Shown here: piece after piece, positions 27,474 to 36,118 of the stretch
Numbering within the stretch: the stretch's first letter is position 1
How the letters are laid out: every line of letters starts with the position of its first letter
Source of the DNA: an uncultured bacterium
Lineage (GTDB): Bacteria; Verrucomicrobiota; Verrucomicrobiia; Verrucomicrobiales; DEV007
DNA length: 64,000 nucleotides
Assembly (NCBI GenBank): GCA_963977015.1
Contig: CAXBMO010000024.1
Coordinates: 31,551-95,550 of the forward strand
Direction of reading: 5' to 3'
The notes under the pieces: generated by a model
The model's database searches: none
Told to the model about the DNA's origin: nothing
What the model saw: only the letters and a program-made list of their open reading frames with translations
Made by a program: the position numbers and the translations under genes

Positions 27474-29760
27474 CATGAAGTCGGCATTAGCATCGCTCTA
27501 CTCTCTGGCCCTGGCGGCTCCGCGCGATAAGCCGCTACTGCCGCGCGTCATTCAGTTTCCGGTCAACGACATCTGCAATTCCAAGTGCCAGATGTGCGAG
27601 ATCTGGAAGCAGAAGAAGTCGGAAGAAGTATCTCCCGACGCGCTCCGAAGCATTCTAACCCAACCCCTGTTCCGCGAAGTGCGTGGAATCGGTTTCAACG
27701 GCGGCGAGCCAACCCTTCGCCCCGACTTGCCGGAATTGATCGAAGCTGCCGCGGACACGCTCCCCAAGCTGGGCGGCGTCTCCCTGATTACGAACGCGAT
27801 TCGGGCACCGCACGTCATTCGGAACATCGACGCCATCGGAAGCCTTCTCAAGAATCGCGGCATTCACCTTGACGTGATGGTGTCCCTGGACGGAGTCGGT
27901 GATGTGCATGACCGAGTGCGCGGGCGGGCAGGAAATTTCGCCAGCGCGGTGCAGGTTCTCGAACACCTGCGCGACCGCCAACCCGCCGACAGTTTCCGAA
28001 TCGGTTGCACGATTATTCGGGAAAACGTGCTTCAGGTGGAGGAAGTGTTGAACTGGGCTCAGGACTTCGGTGTTTACGCCCGTTTCCGGGTCGGAATTCC
28101 TCACCAGCGTCTTTATACCGCGGAGAAGGTCGATCCGTTTGCGCTGACTCAGGGCGAGCGGTTTCACCTCGCAAACTTTCTCCAGACTCTCGAGCAATCC
28201 TACGAAACAAATCTGCTGCGCAGGCACTTTTATCACAGTCTGCGTCGTCAGGTCGCCTATGGGGAGAATCGCACCGCGGGCTGCGATTGGAAGGACCGCG
28301 GAGTCACCCTGTTCGCGTCCGGCGACATCGGATACTGCGCCGTCAAGAGTCGCAACATTGCTTCCCCGCTTCGCGGTGATGACGCCCTCGCGGCCTACCA
28401 TGCCAACGTCGATCATCTTCGTGAGATCCGCGACAACCATTGTGCAACCTGTCACCATGATTACGAGGGAATTCCGAATCGCGCATTCTTTATCAAATCC
28501 AGGCTGAAACAGAGCAAGGACAAGATTCCAGCTCCTTTGCGATCGCGGGCGCAGAGTTGGAAGGCGGAATATCACGAACAGCGTTCCAAGCGTCGCCTGC
28601 GGCGTCTTTCCAAGCCAGCATCGCCGATTCAACCACATCGAATCCCGAACTCCGATCCTCACATCCTCCTTTGCGGCTGGTATGGAACCGAGACGCTCGG
28701 CGACCGGGCCATCCTGGCCGGTGTCATCACCGCCATTCGCGAGGCCAATCCATCCAGCAGGATCACGATTGCGTCTCTGGAGCCCTACGTGACCGAGCAA
28801 ACCCAGCGGTTGATGCCGGAACTTGAAGGCAGCTCGATCATTTCCTATCCCGAGGCCCTCACGAATCTGAAATCGTCCGGATTTGATTCCGTGCTGATGG
28901 CCGGCGGCCCACTAATGTCTCCGGTGAATGAGTGTCTGGATATCCTGGAACTGTTCCATGCCGCCAAATCCAAGGGCATCCCGACCGGACTCTTCGGGGG
29001 CGGGGTGGGGCCGCTCCAATCCGGATGGCGATCCGAGATGATCGCGGCGATCATCCGCAACAGCGACCACCTTTCGTTTCGCGATTCCCGTTCCCTGGAT
29101 CTGTCCAGAAAACTGACCGGCGCGGACCTTGACGCCAGCGTCATCCCTGACCCATCCCGCTACTGGCTGCGGCGCCATCACGAAGCGCTCAAACGGATCG
29201 AACGCGACCCAAAACGCATCCTTTTTGGCCTGCGCGACTGGCATCCCCAGGTTTATGCCAATGAGTTGAGCGAATCCGAGGGCCAAGCCATCAAGGACAC
29301 CTTCGAAGCAGAGATCAAGACCTACACCCGGGAAAAACTCGCCTCCGGCTATACCATCATTCCGTTCTGTATGCACAAGCAACCGGTGGGCGGAGACGAC
29401 CGGTTCTATTATCAACGGCTTTTTCAGGACGAACCTGAAATTCTCCGGCACCTGGACTGGCAACATCGCCCTCCCGGCGACGACTTTGCCGAGTTTCATC
29501 GGGCGTCCTTTGCCCTCACGATGCGATTTCATTCCACGGTCTTTGCCCTCGAGGCAGAGATTCCCTTTCTGGCGATCGACTACACTCGGGGCGGGAAAGT
29601 TGGCGCGCTCTGCGAAGAAAGCGGATTGGCCGACCAATGCCTTCCGATCGACCAGATCACTGCCGATTCGCTTCAAAACCCGGTTCCTGATTCAGCACCT
29701 CGGAATCCGGATTTGAGTTCCCTTACCGCCTTTGCCGAACATTGCCTTCAATCTCACTAA
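27463..29760 (+). CDS. Radical SAM/SPASM-like domain fused to a polysaccharide pyruvyl transferase domain
   Basis: CNSKCQMC, GGEP, SLDG and extra Cys (AGC, GYC, CATC) in the N-half. GWYG...LGD.AIL, AGG, FRD..S, MRFH (CsaB/WcaK-like) in the C-half. Confidence 0.85.
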   Translation: MVRSMKSALASLYSLALAAPRDKPLLPRVIQFPVNDICNSKCQMCEIWKQKKSEEVSPDALRSILTQPLFREVRGIGFNGGEPTLRPDLPELIEAAADTLPKLGGVSLITNAIRAPHVIRNIDAIGSLLKNRGIHLDVMVSLDGVGDVHDRVRGRAGNFASAVQVLEHLRDRQPADSFRIGCTIIRENVLQVEEVLNWAQDFGVYARFRVGIPHQRLYTAEKVDPFALTQGERFHLANFLQTLEQSYETNLLRRHFYHSLRRQVAYGENRTAGCDWKDRGVTLFASGDIGYCAVKSRNIASPLRGDDALAAYHANVDHLREIRDNHCATCHHDYEGIPNRAFFIKSRLKQSKDKIPAPLRSRAQSWKAEYHEQRSKRRLRRLSKPASPIQPHRIPNSDPHILLCGWYGTETLGDRAILAGVITAIREANPSSRITIASLEPYVTEQTQRLMPELEGSSIISYPEALTNLKSSGFDSVLMAGGPLMSPVNECLDILELFHAAKSKGIPTGLFGGGVGPLQSGWRSEMIAAIIRNSDHLSFRDSRSLDLSRKLTGADLDASVIPDPSRYWLRRHHEALKRIERDPKRILFGLRDWHPQVYANELSESEGQAIKDTFEAEIKTYTREKLASGYTIIPFCMHKQPVGGDDRFYYQRLFQDEPEILRHLDWQHRPPGDDFAEFHRASFALTMRFHSTVFALEAEIPFLAIDYTRGGKVGALCEESGLADQCLPIDQITADSLQNPVPDSAPRNPDLSSLTAFAEHCLQSH

Positions 29761-29778
29761 CTACCTACCACTCCTGCC

Positions 29779-30555
29779 ATGCTTGACTCGAATACCCTGT
29801 TGGACCTCGCCGAAGCGAACCGGGAATCGTTCCGCTCCGCCGAACCTTTTCCCCATGTCGTGATCGACAACTTCCTGCCGCTGGATCTTGCCGAGGAAAT
29901 TCACGATCTGTTCCCTTCCTTCGAGGAAGCGGACCCTCGAACTTATCAGCGCGAGGAAAACAAGATTGCGACTCGCCCGGACGTTCCGACCTGCCCCGAG
30001 CGACTTCGGCAAATCATGTATGCGCTCAATTCTCACGAGATCATTACCCCCCTGGAGGTGATGACCGGGATCAACGGCCTGTTGCCCGATCCGCACTTTT
30101 TTGGCGCCGGACTGCAGCAAACCGGGCCGGGCGGAAAGCTCGGCATTCACGTCGATTTCAACAAGCACAAACACCTGCGACTCGACCGCCGGCTCAACCT
30201 GCTGATCTATTTCAACAAAGACTGGAAAGAAGAATGGGGCGGACATTTCGAGCTTTGGGACAAGGACATGACCGCCTGCCAAAAGAAGATCCTGCCGATC
30301 TTCAACCGGATGGTGGTTTTCGCCACAACCGACGAATCCTATCACGGTCTGCCGGATCCGATTCAATGCCCCGAAGGTGAATCCCGGAAATCGCTCATTC
30401 TGTTCTTTTATTCCAACGGGCGGGAAGACGGAGCGGCGGAAGTCGGCTGGACCCAGCACCAGAAACGTCCCAACGCCCACGATTACAAGTTTGTCGAAAA
30501 AGGCCCCTTTCGGCGAAGCATCAACAAGGTCGGACTGATGCTCTCCAATATCTGA
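29779..30555 (+). CDS. 2OG-Fe(II) oxygenase (prolyl-hydroxylase-like)
   Basis: PFPHVVIDNFL, IHVDFN (HxD), SYHG and a distal RKS motif. Confidence 0.88.
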   Translation: MLDSNTLLDLAEANRESFRSAEPFPHVVIDNFLPLDLAEEIHDLFPSFEEADPRTYQREENKIATRPDVPTCPERLRQIMYALNSHEIITPLEVMTGINGLLPDPHFFGAGLQQTGPGGKLGIHVDFNKHKHLRLDRRLNLLIYFNKDWKEEWGGHFELWDKDMTACQKKILPIFNRMVVFATTDESYHGLPDPIQCPEGESRKSLILFFYSNGREDGAAEVGWTQHQKRPNAHDYKFVEKGPFRRSINKVGLMLSNI

Positions 30556-30564
30556 TCTCCAATC

Positions 30565-31383
30565 ATGAACACCGAAGACTACATCGCCCAGCTTAAGAAG
30601 AACGGCTTCGTGGTGATTTCCAAGGTCATCGCGGAAGACCGGCTTCTGGCCCTGCGAAACCTGACCGATCGCATCATGGCCTACGCCGATCGTGGCCTGG
30701 AGGATCCCTTCGCGCCCTACTATCTTCCGCATCGGAGCGACCAAGGCGTCCTCTATGACCTGTTCCACCGGCATCCGGAGTTCCAGGAAGCAGCCAGGCT
30801 CCCCCAAATGCTGGACGTTCTCGAAGGCGTTCTCGGCCCGAACATCTTTCTCTATGAGAACAGCCTGGTTTCCAAGCCCAAAGGCCGCTCCAACGGAGTC
30901 CCGTGGCATCAGGACTTCATGTCACGACCTGACGAGCCGAAAAAGTACATTACCTGGATCGCGCTCGACGATGTCCGCGTGGAGAACGGAGCTCTCCGGG
31001 TGATCCCCGGTTCGCACCTGAACGGCTACGTTCCGTATCACGTCGTTCCCGGCGAAACCCACCACACCCGGGCCAACCCCGACACAGTCGACGAGTCACA
31101 AGCGGTCCATGTGGAAATGGACGCTGGTTCCGGATTCATCTTCGACTGTCAGATTCTTCACGGCAGCGATGAGGTTCACGCCGATTCCCCGCGCCGGGCT
31201 TTCCGGGTTTCCTACCAGGGTTTCGAACAGATCTACACTCCACGGGCCACTCCAATCGTGGTCCGCGGCGGAGATCCTGAAGACTTGGGACGACTCTTCC
31301 CCAATAAGCCTATCGCACCAAGAAAACGGTCAGCTACGATCAGAGCCCTCAACAAGATCGGTAGAGTCTTGGCGCGGGTTTAG
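30565..31383 (+). CDS. Phytanoyl-CoA dioxygenase (PhyH) family protein
   Basis: PWHQD, WIALDD....NGAL.VIPGSH, HGS, RR motifs. Confidence 0.88.
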   Translation: MNTEDYIAQLKKNGFVVISKVIAEDRLLALRNLTDRIMAYADRGLEDPFAPYYLPHRSDQGVLYDLFHRHPEFQEAARLPQMLDVLEGVLGPNIFLYENSLVSKPKGRSNGVPWHQDFMSRPDEPKKYITWIALDDVRVENGALRVIPGSHLNGYVPYHVVPGETHHTRANPDTVDESQAVHVEMDAGSGFIFDCQILHGSDEVHADSPRRAFRVSYQGFEQIYTPRATPIVVRGGDPEDLGRLFPNKPIAPRKRSATIRALNKIGRVLARV

Positions 31384-31399
31384 CAATTCCGGCATCCTT

Positions 31400-32680
31400 A
31401 TGAGAGCTCTGCACATTAACTTCAGCGACACCCAAGGTGGAGCCTCAGTCGCCGCGTGGAGAACACACCGCGCGTTGCGAGAAATTGGAGTCGATTCGTT
31501 GATGGCAGTTCTCGATAAACAATCTTCGAGTGAACATGTTTATCCGCTGCTCCAATCCCGCTCACATCAAAGATGGAGTACGTTTCAGGATAAAGCGGAG
31601 CGGGGCCTTGCCAAAGCCTTGGGGCTGAGAGGAAAGGCCGCGTGTGGTCGCCACGGGGGCTGGATCCCCTCGCTCACGGCGGAGCGAATCAATAGTTTTG
31701 AGGCAGACATCGTTCACCTTCATTGGATCAACCACGGCGTGATCAGTGTTCCAGAACTCCTTCAAATCCAGGCTCCCATCGTTTGGACACTTCACGACAT
31801 GTGGCCATTTAGTTGTGGTTACAACTACCTTGGCTCGTTTCAAAATGATCCAATCGGACTGTCTCAATACCAACAGTCGTTTTTTGGCAGCCTTAACCTC
31901 AGGCTCAAACGGCAATCCATCCACCGAAAGGACATTCGATTCATTGCACCTTCCCAGTGGATCGCGTCAGAACTCTTGGAATCAGAACTAGCCCCGTCAT
32001 CCAATATTTCTATCATTCCCAACGGCCTCGACGTCGACCAGTTCTCTTGTCATCCAAACAAGAAAGAGCAATTCCGCAATGAGCTAGGCCTCCCAACTGG
32101 CCGCAAGCTAATCCTGGCAGGAGCGGTCGGGCTCAACGCAGATCGAAGAAAAGGCTTCGACCTCCTATTGCAGTCTCTCAACGTGATTCAAAATTCGACC
32201 GCATTTTCGACAAAACCCGCGTTGGTTGTCTTTGGGAACGACGAGTCGATACATAAGTTCGATTTCAGTGGAATCGATGTTTTTGCCCTGGGCAAAATCT
32301 CAAATGAAGAAGACCTAATCAAACTCTATAACGGTTGCGATTGTTTCGCCCTCCCGTCACGGGAAGACAACTTGCCCAACGTGATTCTGGAAAGTTTTGC
32401 CTGCGGACTTCCATGCGTTGGATTTCGAGTCGGAGGGGTTCAGGAGATGATCAAGCATCGCGTGAACGGCTACCTTGCATCCCCCTTCGATCCCGAAGAG
32501 TTTGCAAATGGCATCATCGAAGCCATGAACGCCACCGGATGGAAACCGGCAGCCAGACAAGAGGCTCTCCTCAAGTATTCTGACACCAATCACGCCAACC
32601 AAGTCTCCGAACTCTACCGTTCGATCGCGGCCACGCCTCGCAATCGTTTTCCGAAACGTCAACTCTTGAAAGCTGCGTAG
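31400..32680 (+). CDS. Glycosyltransferase family 4 (WcaC-like)
   Basis: GGA..AA, IVHLHW, WTLHDMW, RKG, DNLPNVILES.ACG.P. Confidence 0.9.
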   Translation: MRALHINFSDTQGGASVAAWRTHRALREIGVDSLMAVLDKQSSSEHVYPLLQSRSHQRWSTFQDKAERGLAKALGLRGKAACGRHGGWIPSLTAERINSFEADIVHLHWINHGVISVPELLQIQAPIVWTLHDMWPFSCGYNYLGSFQNDPIGLSQYQQSFFGSLNLRLKRQSIHRKDIRFIAPSQWIASELLESELAPSSNISIIPNGLDVDQFSCHPNKKEQFRNELGLPTGRKLILAGAVGLNADRRKGFDLLLQSLNVIQNSTAFSTKPALVVFGNDESIHKFDFSGIDVFALGKISNEEDLIKLYNGCDCFALPSREDNLPNVILESFACGLPCVGFRVGGVQEMIKHRVNGYLASPFDPEEFANGIIEAMNATGWKPAARQEALLKYSDTNHANQVSELYRSIAATPRNRFPKRQLLKAA

Positions 32681-32685
32681 TTAGT

Positions 32686-33504
32686 ATGCAACGCCCGAAG
32701 TTCTCCATTATTTCTCCGACTCTCGAAGGCTTTGATTACCTCGAACGCCATTTGAATTCCGTACGTTCACAAGGCCTGCCAGCACACGAAGTTGAGCATT
32801 GGATTATTGACGGTGGATCCAAGGATGGAAGCCGAGCCTATCTGACGGCACAACGAGACATTCGCTTTGTATCCGAGCCTGACCGCGGCCTCTCCCACGC
32901 GGTCAACAAAGGAATTGAACGGGCTACCGGGGATTGGATCATCTGGCTAAACGTCGATGATCAACTTGCTCCGAATTCTCTGCAATCCTTCCTGGATCAC
33001 GTCAAAGAGGATGAAGCGTCCGAAATCGTTTGCGGCGCTCAAGAAGTCCGCGACTACGAAGGTAATACGGTCGAAATTTCTCCCCCTTGGAAATATACGG
33101 CAAGCCAGCTCCTCAAAACGCGAACGGCAATTATCCAAGCTTCGACGTTCGTTCACCGCTCCGTTTACGAATCCGTGGGAGGCATGGATGAGTCATACAA
33201 ATTCGCCATGGATTATGAATGGATGGTTCGAGCTTCCCTACAGTTCAAATGCCGAACCATTCCCTCTGTTCTGACCATCTATAACCGAAGAAAAGGTTCC
33301 ATTACGGACGTTGGAACCGCCAAACAACACCGCGAGTTTCTTCGAGTCCGGCGTAAGTATAAGTGCTCTTTCCTCGAAACGATGGAGTGGAAATTGCGAT
33401 TCTACCTTGCCACTGAGCCACTACGTAAAGTTCGATGGTTCCGACGTTTTGTTCAACTCCTCAAGCAGTATCCTTCGAGTGCCTGCCACGCAACAAAGGC
33501 CTGA
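32686..33504 (+). CDS. Glycosyltransferase family 2
   Basis: FSIISP, IIDGGSKDGS, SEPDRG...AVNKG, LNVDD, MDYE. Confidence 0.9.
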   Translation: MQRPKFSIISPTLEGFDYLERHLNSVRSQGLPAHEVEHWIIDGGSKDGSRAYLTAQRDIRFVSEPDRGLSHAVNKGIERATGDWIIWLNVDDQLAPNSLQSFLDHVKEDEASEIVCGAQEVRDYEGNTVEISPPWKYTASQLLKTRTAIIQASTFVHRSVYESVGGMDESYKFAMDYEWMVRASLQFKCRTIPSVLTIYNRRKGSITDVGTAKQHREFLRVRRKYKCSFLETMEWKLRFYLATEPLRKVRWFRRFVQLLKQYPSSACHATKA

Positions 33505-33514
33505 ACCGCCTTCC

Positions 33515-34582
33515 TTGGAAATCCTTCACATCCTTTGCGGAAACAGCCTCAAAGGTGGAGCTGAAACCGTAGTCAGGGAGATGATGCAACTGTCCTTACC
33601 TGGTTGCCGACAAAGGCTGTGGATGCACCGAGGCTTCTCCGGTCCAGATCAAATGACCGTCAATGGAGGAGTCGCTCAATACGCCAATCTCTCGATTTTC
33701 CATGACCTCTGGCATGGAGTTCGGGAAGCCATTGCCCTCACTCGCTGGATTGGAGGACAAAGAGATTTCGTTCTTCATGCTCATTCAAGAGTTGGGATCA
33801 TCGCCGCTTCCATTGCCGGCAGAATACTCGGACTTCCAGTTATCCATCATTGCCATACTTTGCCAGCACACTTGTGGATTTACGATGCGCTGCTTCGCCT
33901 GTGCCGCGGAACGCGTATCTTTAACTCAGGAAAAACTCGGTCACATTTTAAGAATTTACCATCCGGTGGAATTACCGTCATGCCAGGGGTTAACCATTGG
34001 CCCTCACCAGCCCCTCGGAATTCTGGTTCAGTCTCCCGATTTGTTGCATCAGGATCTTTCACGCAAGGAAAACACCTTCTCGAATTGATCGATGCATTTC
34101 TAATCTTCAGCAAGAACCGCGACGATACGGAACTGCACCTTTACGGCTCAAAGGAAGACGATGAGAACGCCTACGAGAAAATGGTGCTGCAATCATCCAA
34201 ACAGAGTTCTGCGATCAAGATCCACCCTTGGACAGAAGAATGGGCAGCAGAACTTCGCTTCAATGATATCTTCGTTCATCTTGGCAACCCAGAGTCGTTT
34301 GGCATTGTTATATTGGAAGCATTTGCCCGCGGACTTCGACTGGTTGTTCTCCCTGATACCTTCCTCGAAGAAATCGCGTGCTCGAGCCTTCCCGACGGGA
34401 TCACCACGATCGGGTCTACCGATCCAAACGAAATCTGCAAAGGCCTCAAACGCTCATTCGCCATTTCACCAGACACAGGCTGGTATGATCGCCGGCTCCA
34501 ATACGCCCCTCTTTTTGGTGCCGCAGGCAAAAGAGAATCTCTCCAACACCTCTATCTGACGATTCAACAGACATCAATATGA
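33515..34582 (+). CDS. Glycosyltransferase family 4
   Basis: GGAE, LHAHS, ESFGIVILEA. Start taken at TTG 33515. Confidence 0.8.
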   Translation: MEILHILCGNSLKGGAETVVREMMQLSLPGCRQRLWMHRGFSGPDQMTVNGGVAQYANLSIFHDLWHGVREAIALTRWIGGQRDFVLHAHSRVGIIAASIAGRILGLPVIHHCHTLPAHLWIYDALLRLCRGTRIFNSGKTRSHFKNLPSGGITVMPGVNHWPSPAPRNSGSVSRFVASGSFTQGKHLLELIDAFLIFSKNRDDTELHLYGSKEDDENAYEKMVLQSSKQSSAIKIHPWTEEWAAELRFNDIFVHLGNPESFGIVILEAFARGLRLVVLPDTFLEEIACSSLPDGITTIGSTDPNEICKGLKRSFAISPDTGWYDRRLQYAPLFGAAGKRESLQHLYLTIQQTSI

Positions 34583-35664
34583 AGGTATCCGTCTACTTAG
34601 CCGACCAGAACCCCCAGCGAGACCGCAGTGTCGGAATCTCCAAAATGACCGATTGCCTCCTTCACGGGCTGTCACAGCATTCTGCGATTGAGCTCAACGC
34701 CTTGGTCTCCAAGTCCTCGGTCCGCGCCCCCGAAGGAATTCCTGAGAGAACCCTTCCATGGCGAACGGATCAGGCACTCGCACGGTTGATCACCGATCAT
34801 TTCCACGCTCTCTCCAACGAAGATGCTGATATTTTTTACTATCCCAAAGGTTTCGTTGGACTTGTCGCCCCCCCGTTTGGGAAGACTGTGGTGACGATTC
34901 ACGATACGATTATTCAGCACTACTCAGACCATTATCCCGATTCAAGATCTTCTCTCGATTTTCAATATTGGATCGGACTGATGAAACACACGCTTCGTGT
35001 TGCCGACCTGGTCCTCACGGTTTCCCAGAATTCGAAGCTTCAGATCCTCAAGTTCTGTAGCCGCCACCACATTTCTCCACCTCAGATCAATGTGACCTAT
35101 GAGGCCTCGTCCTACGAGAACTGGAAGCCCGATCATCTCAAAGCAAAGAGTGACTATGTTGTTCTGCTCGCGTCAAAAGAGCCTCACAAAAGAACCATTG
35201 AGACGATCCAGTTTTGGAAGCGGTATGATCAACGCCTCCCTGAGCTTCGAATCATCGGTTCCCTTTCCGAGGAGGCCGAACAACTCCTTGAGTCGGCAAA
35301 TCATATTACGCAGCATCCATTTCTTCCAGAAGCCCTGTTTGTGGAGCAAATCAGCAATGCCGGCGCACTCTTTTTCCCTTCGGAAATAGAAGGGTTCGGA
35401 CTTCCTGCGATTGAATCCTACTTCCTCGGCACCCCCTGTTGTGTCGGTACCGAAACGGCAATGGACGAAGTACTGAAGGTTGCGACTTCCAAGGGGCGAT
35501 TCGATCTCAACGACGATGCCAGCGCCCTTCACGCACTCGAGGAAACATTAAGCATGTCTCCCCAGGAAGTTGAAGAGATCGGGGACAATCTCAAAGAAAC
35601 CTATTCCGCCGAAAATTTTGCGAAATCAGTCGCATCCGCCTTCGAATGCGCCCTGGCGAACTAG
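34579..35664 (+). CDS. Glycosyltransferase family 4
   Basis: VVTIHD, LTVS..SK, EPHK, FPS..EGFGLP.IE. Confidence 0.85.
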   Translation: MKVSVYLADQNPQRDRSVGISKMTDCLLHGLSQHSAIELNALVSKSSVRAPEGIPERTLPWRTDQALARLITDHFHALSNEDADIFYYPKGFVGLVAPPFGKTVVTIHDTIIQHYSDHYPDSRSSLDFQYWIGLMKHTLRVADLVLTVSQNSKLQILKFCSRHHISPPQINVTYEASSYENWKPDHLKAKSDYVVLLASKEPHKRTIETIQFWKRYDQRLPELRIIGSLSEEAEQLLESANHITQHPFLPEALFVEQISNAGALFFPSEIEGFGLPAIESYFLGTPCCVGTETAMDEVLKVATSKGRFDLNDDASALHALEETLSMSPQEVEEIGDNLKETYSAENFAKSVASAFECALAN

Positions 35665-35704
35665 AATTCCCGAATCCGAAATCCATCTCCAAATTTTGCC
35701 GAAC

Positions 35705-35729
35705 GCCCGCTTGCCCAAGCGGGCTTTTT
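35705..35729 (+). terminator. Intrinsic terminator closing the polysaccharide operon
   Basis: GCCCGCTT-gccc-AAGCGGGC 8-bp stem followed by TTTTT. Confidence 0.7.
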
Positions 35730-35746
35730 CGTGCTCTCTGATAGCG

Positions 35747-36064
35747 ATGATCACCCCAGAGAACATTCAGTGTGTCGGAGATGTCGTTGCGATTCGATGG
35801 TCGGATGAAACCGAAGACTATTTCCCGATGGAGAGGCTCAGAGCGTTCTCGCCAAGTGCCGAACAGCAAGGAGAACGAGATCTCTTGGGTCGCCAATATG
35901 GAGGAACCGACCAGGCAAACTTTCCCGGTGTGGTCGTAACCAGTTGGCAACCGGTCGGCGGATACGCCCTGCAGTTCTTTTTCAGCGATGGTCACCAAAC
36001 GGGAATTTACTCCTTCGATTACCTCAAGAAAATCGCTGAAGCGCTCCGTCAACAGGAGTCCTGA
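35747..36064 (+). CDS. DUF971 (GBBH N-terminal-like) protein
   Basis: I.WSD, LR..SPSAE, VGGYALQ..FSDGH.TGIYS..YL. Confidence 0.85.
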   Translation: MITPENIQCVGDVVAIRWSDETEDYFPMERLRAFSPSAEQQGERDLLGRQYGGTDQANFPGVVVTSWQPVGGYALQFFFSDGHQTGIYSFDYLKKIAEALRQQES

Positions 36065-36118
36065 GTTCCCTGTCGTTTGGCTTGACGCCCCAGCCTTCGG
36101 AAAGTTGATTCCGAAGCA

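Noticed and set aside
36095-36116. Inverted repeat CTTCGGAA-N6-TTCCGAAG just before the sulfatase ATG
   Set aside because: Single instance with no U-tract and no second copy found, so no function can be supported.
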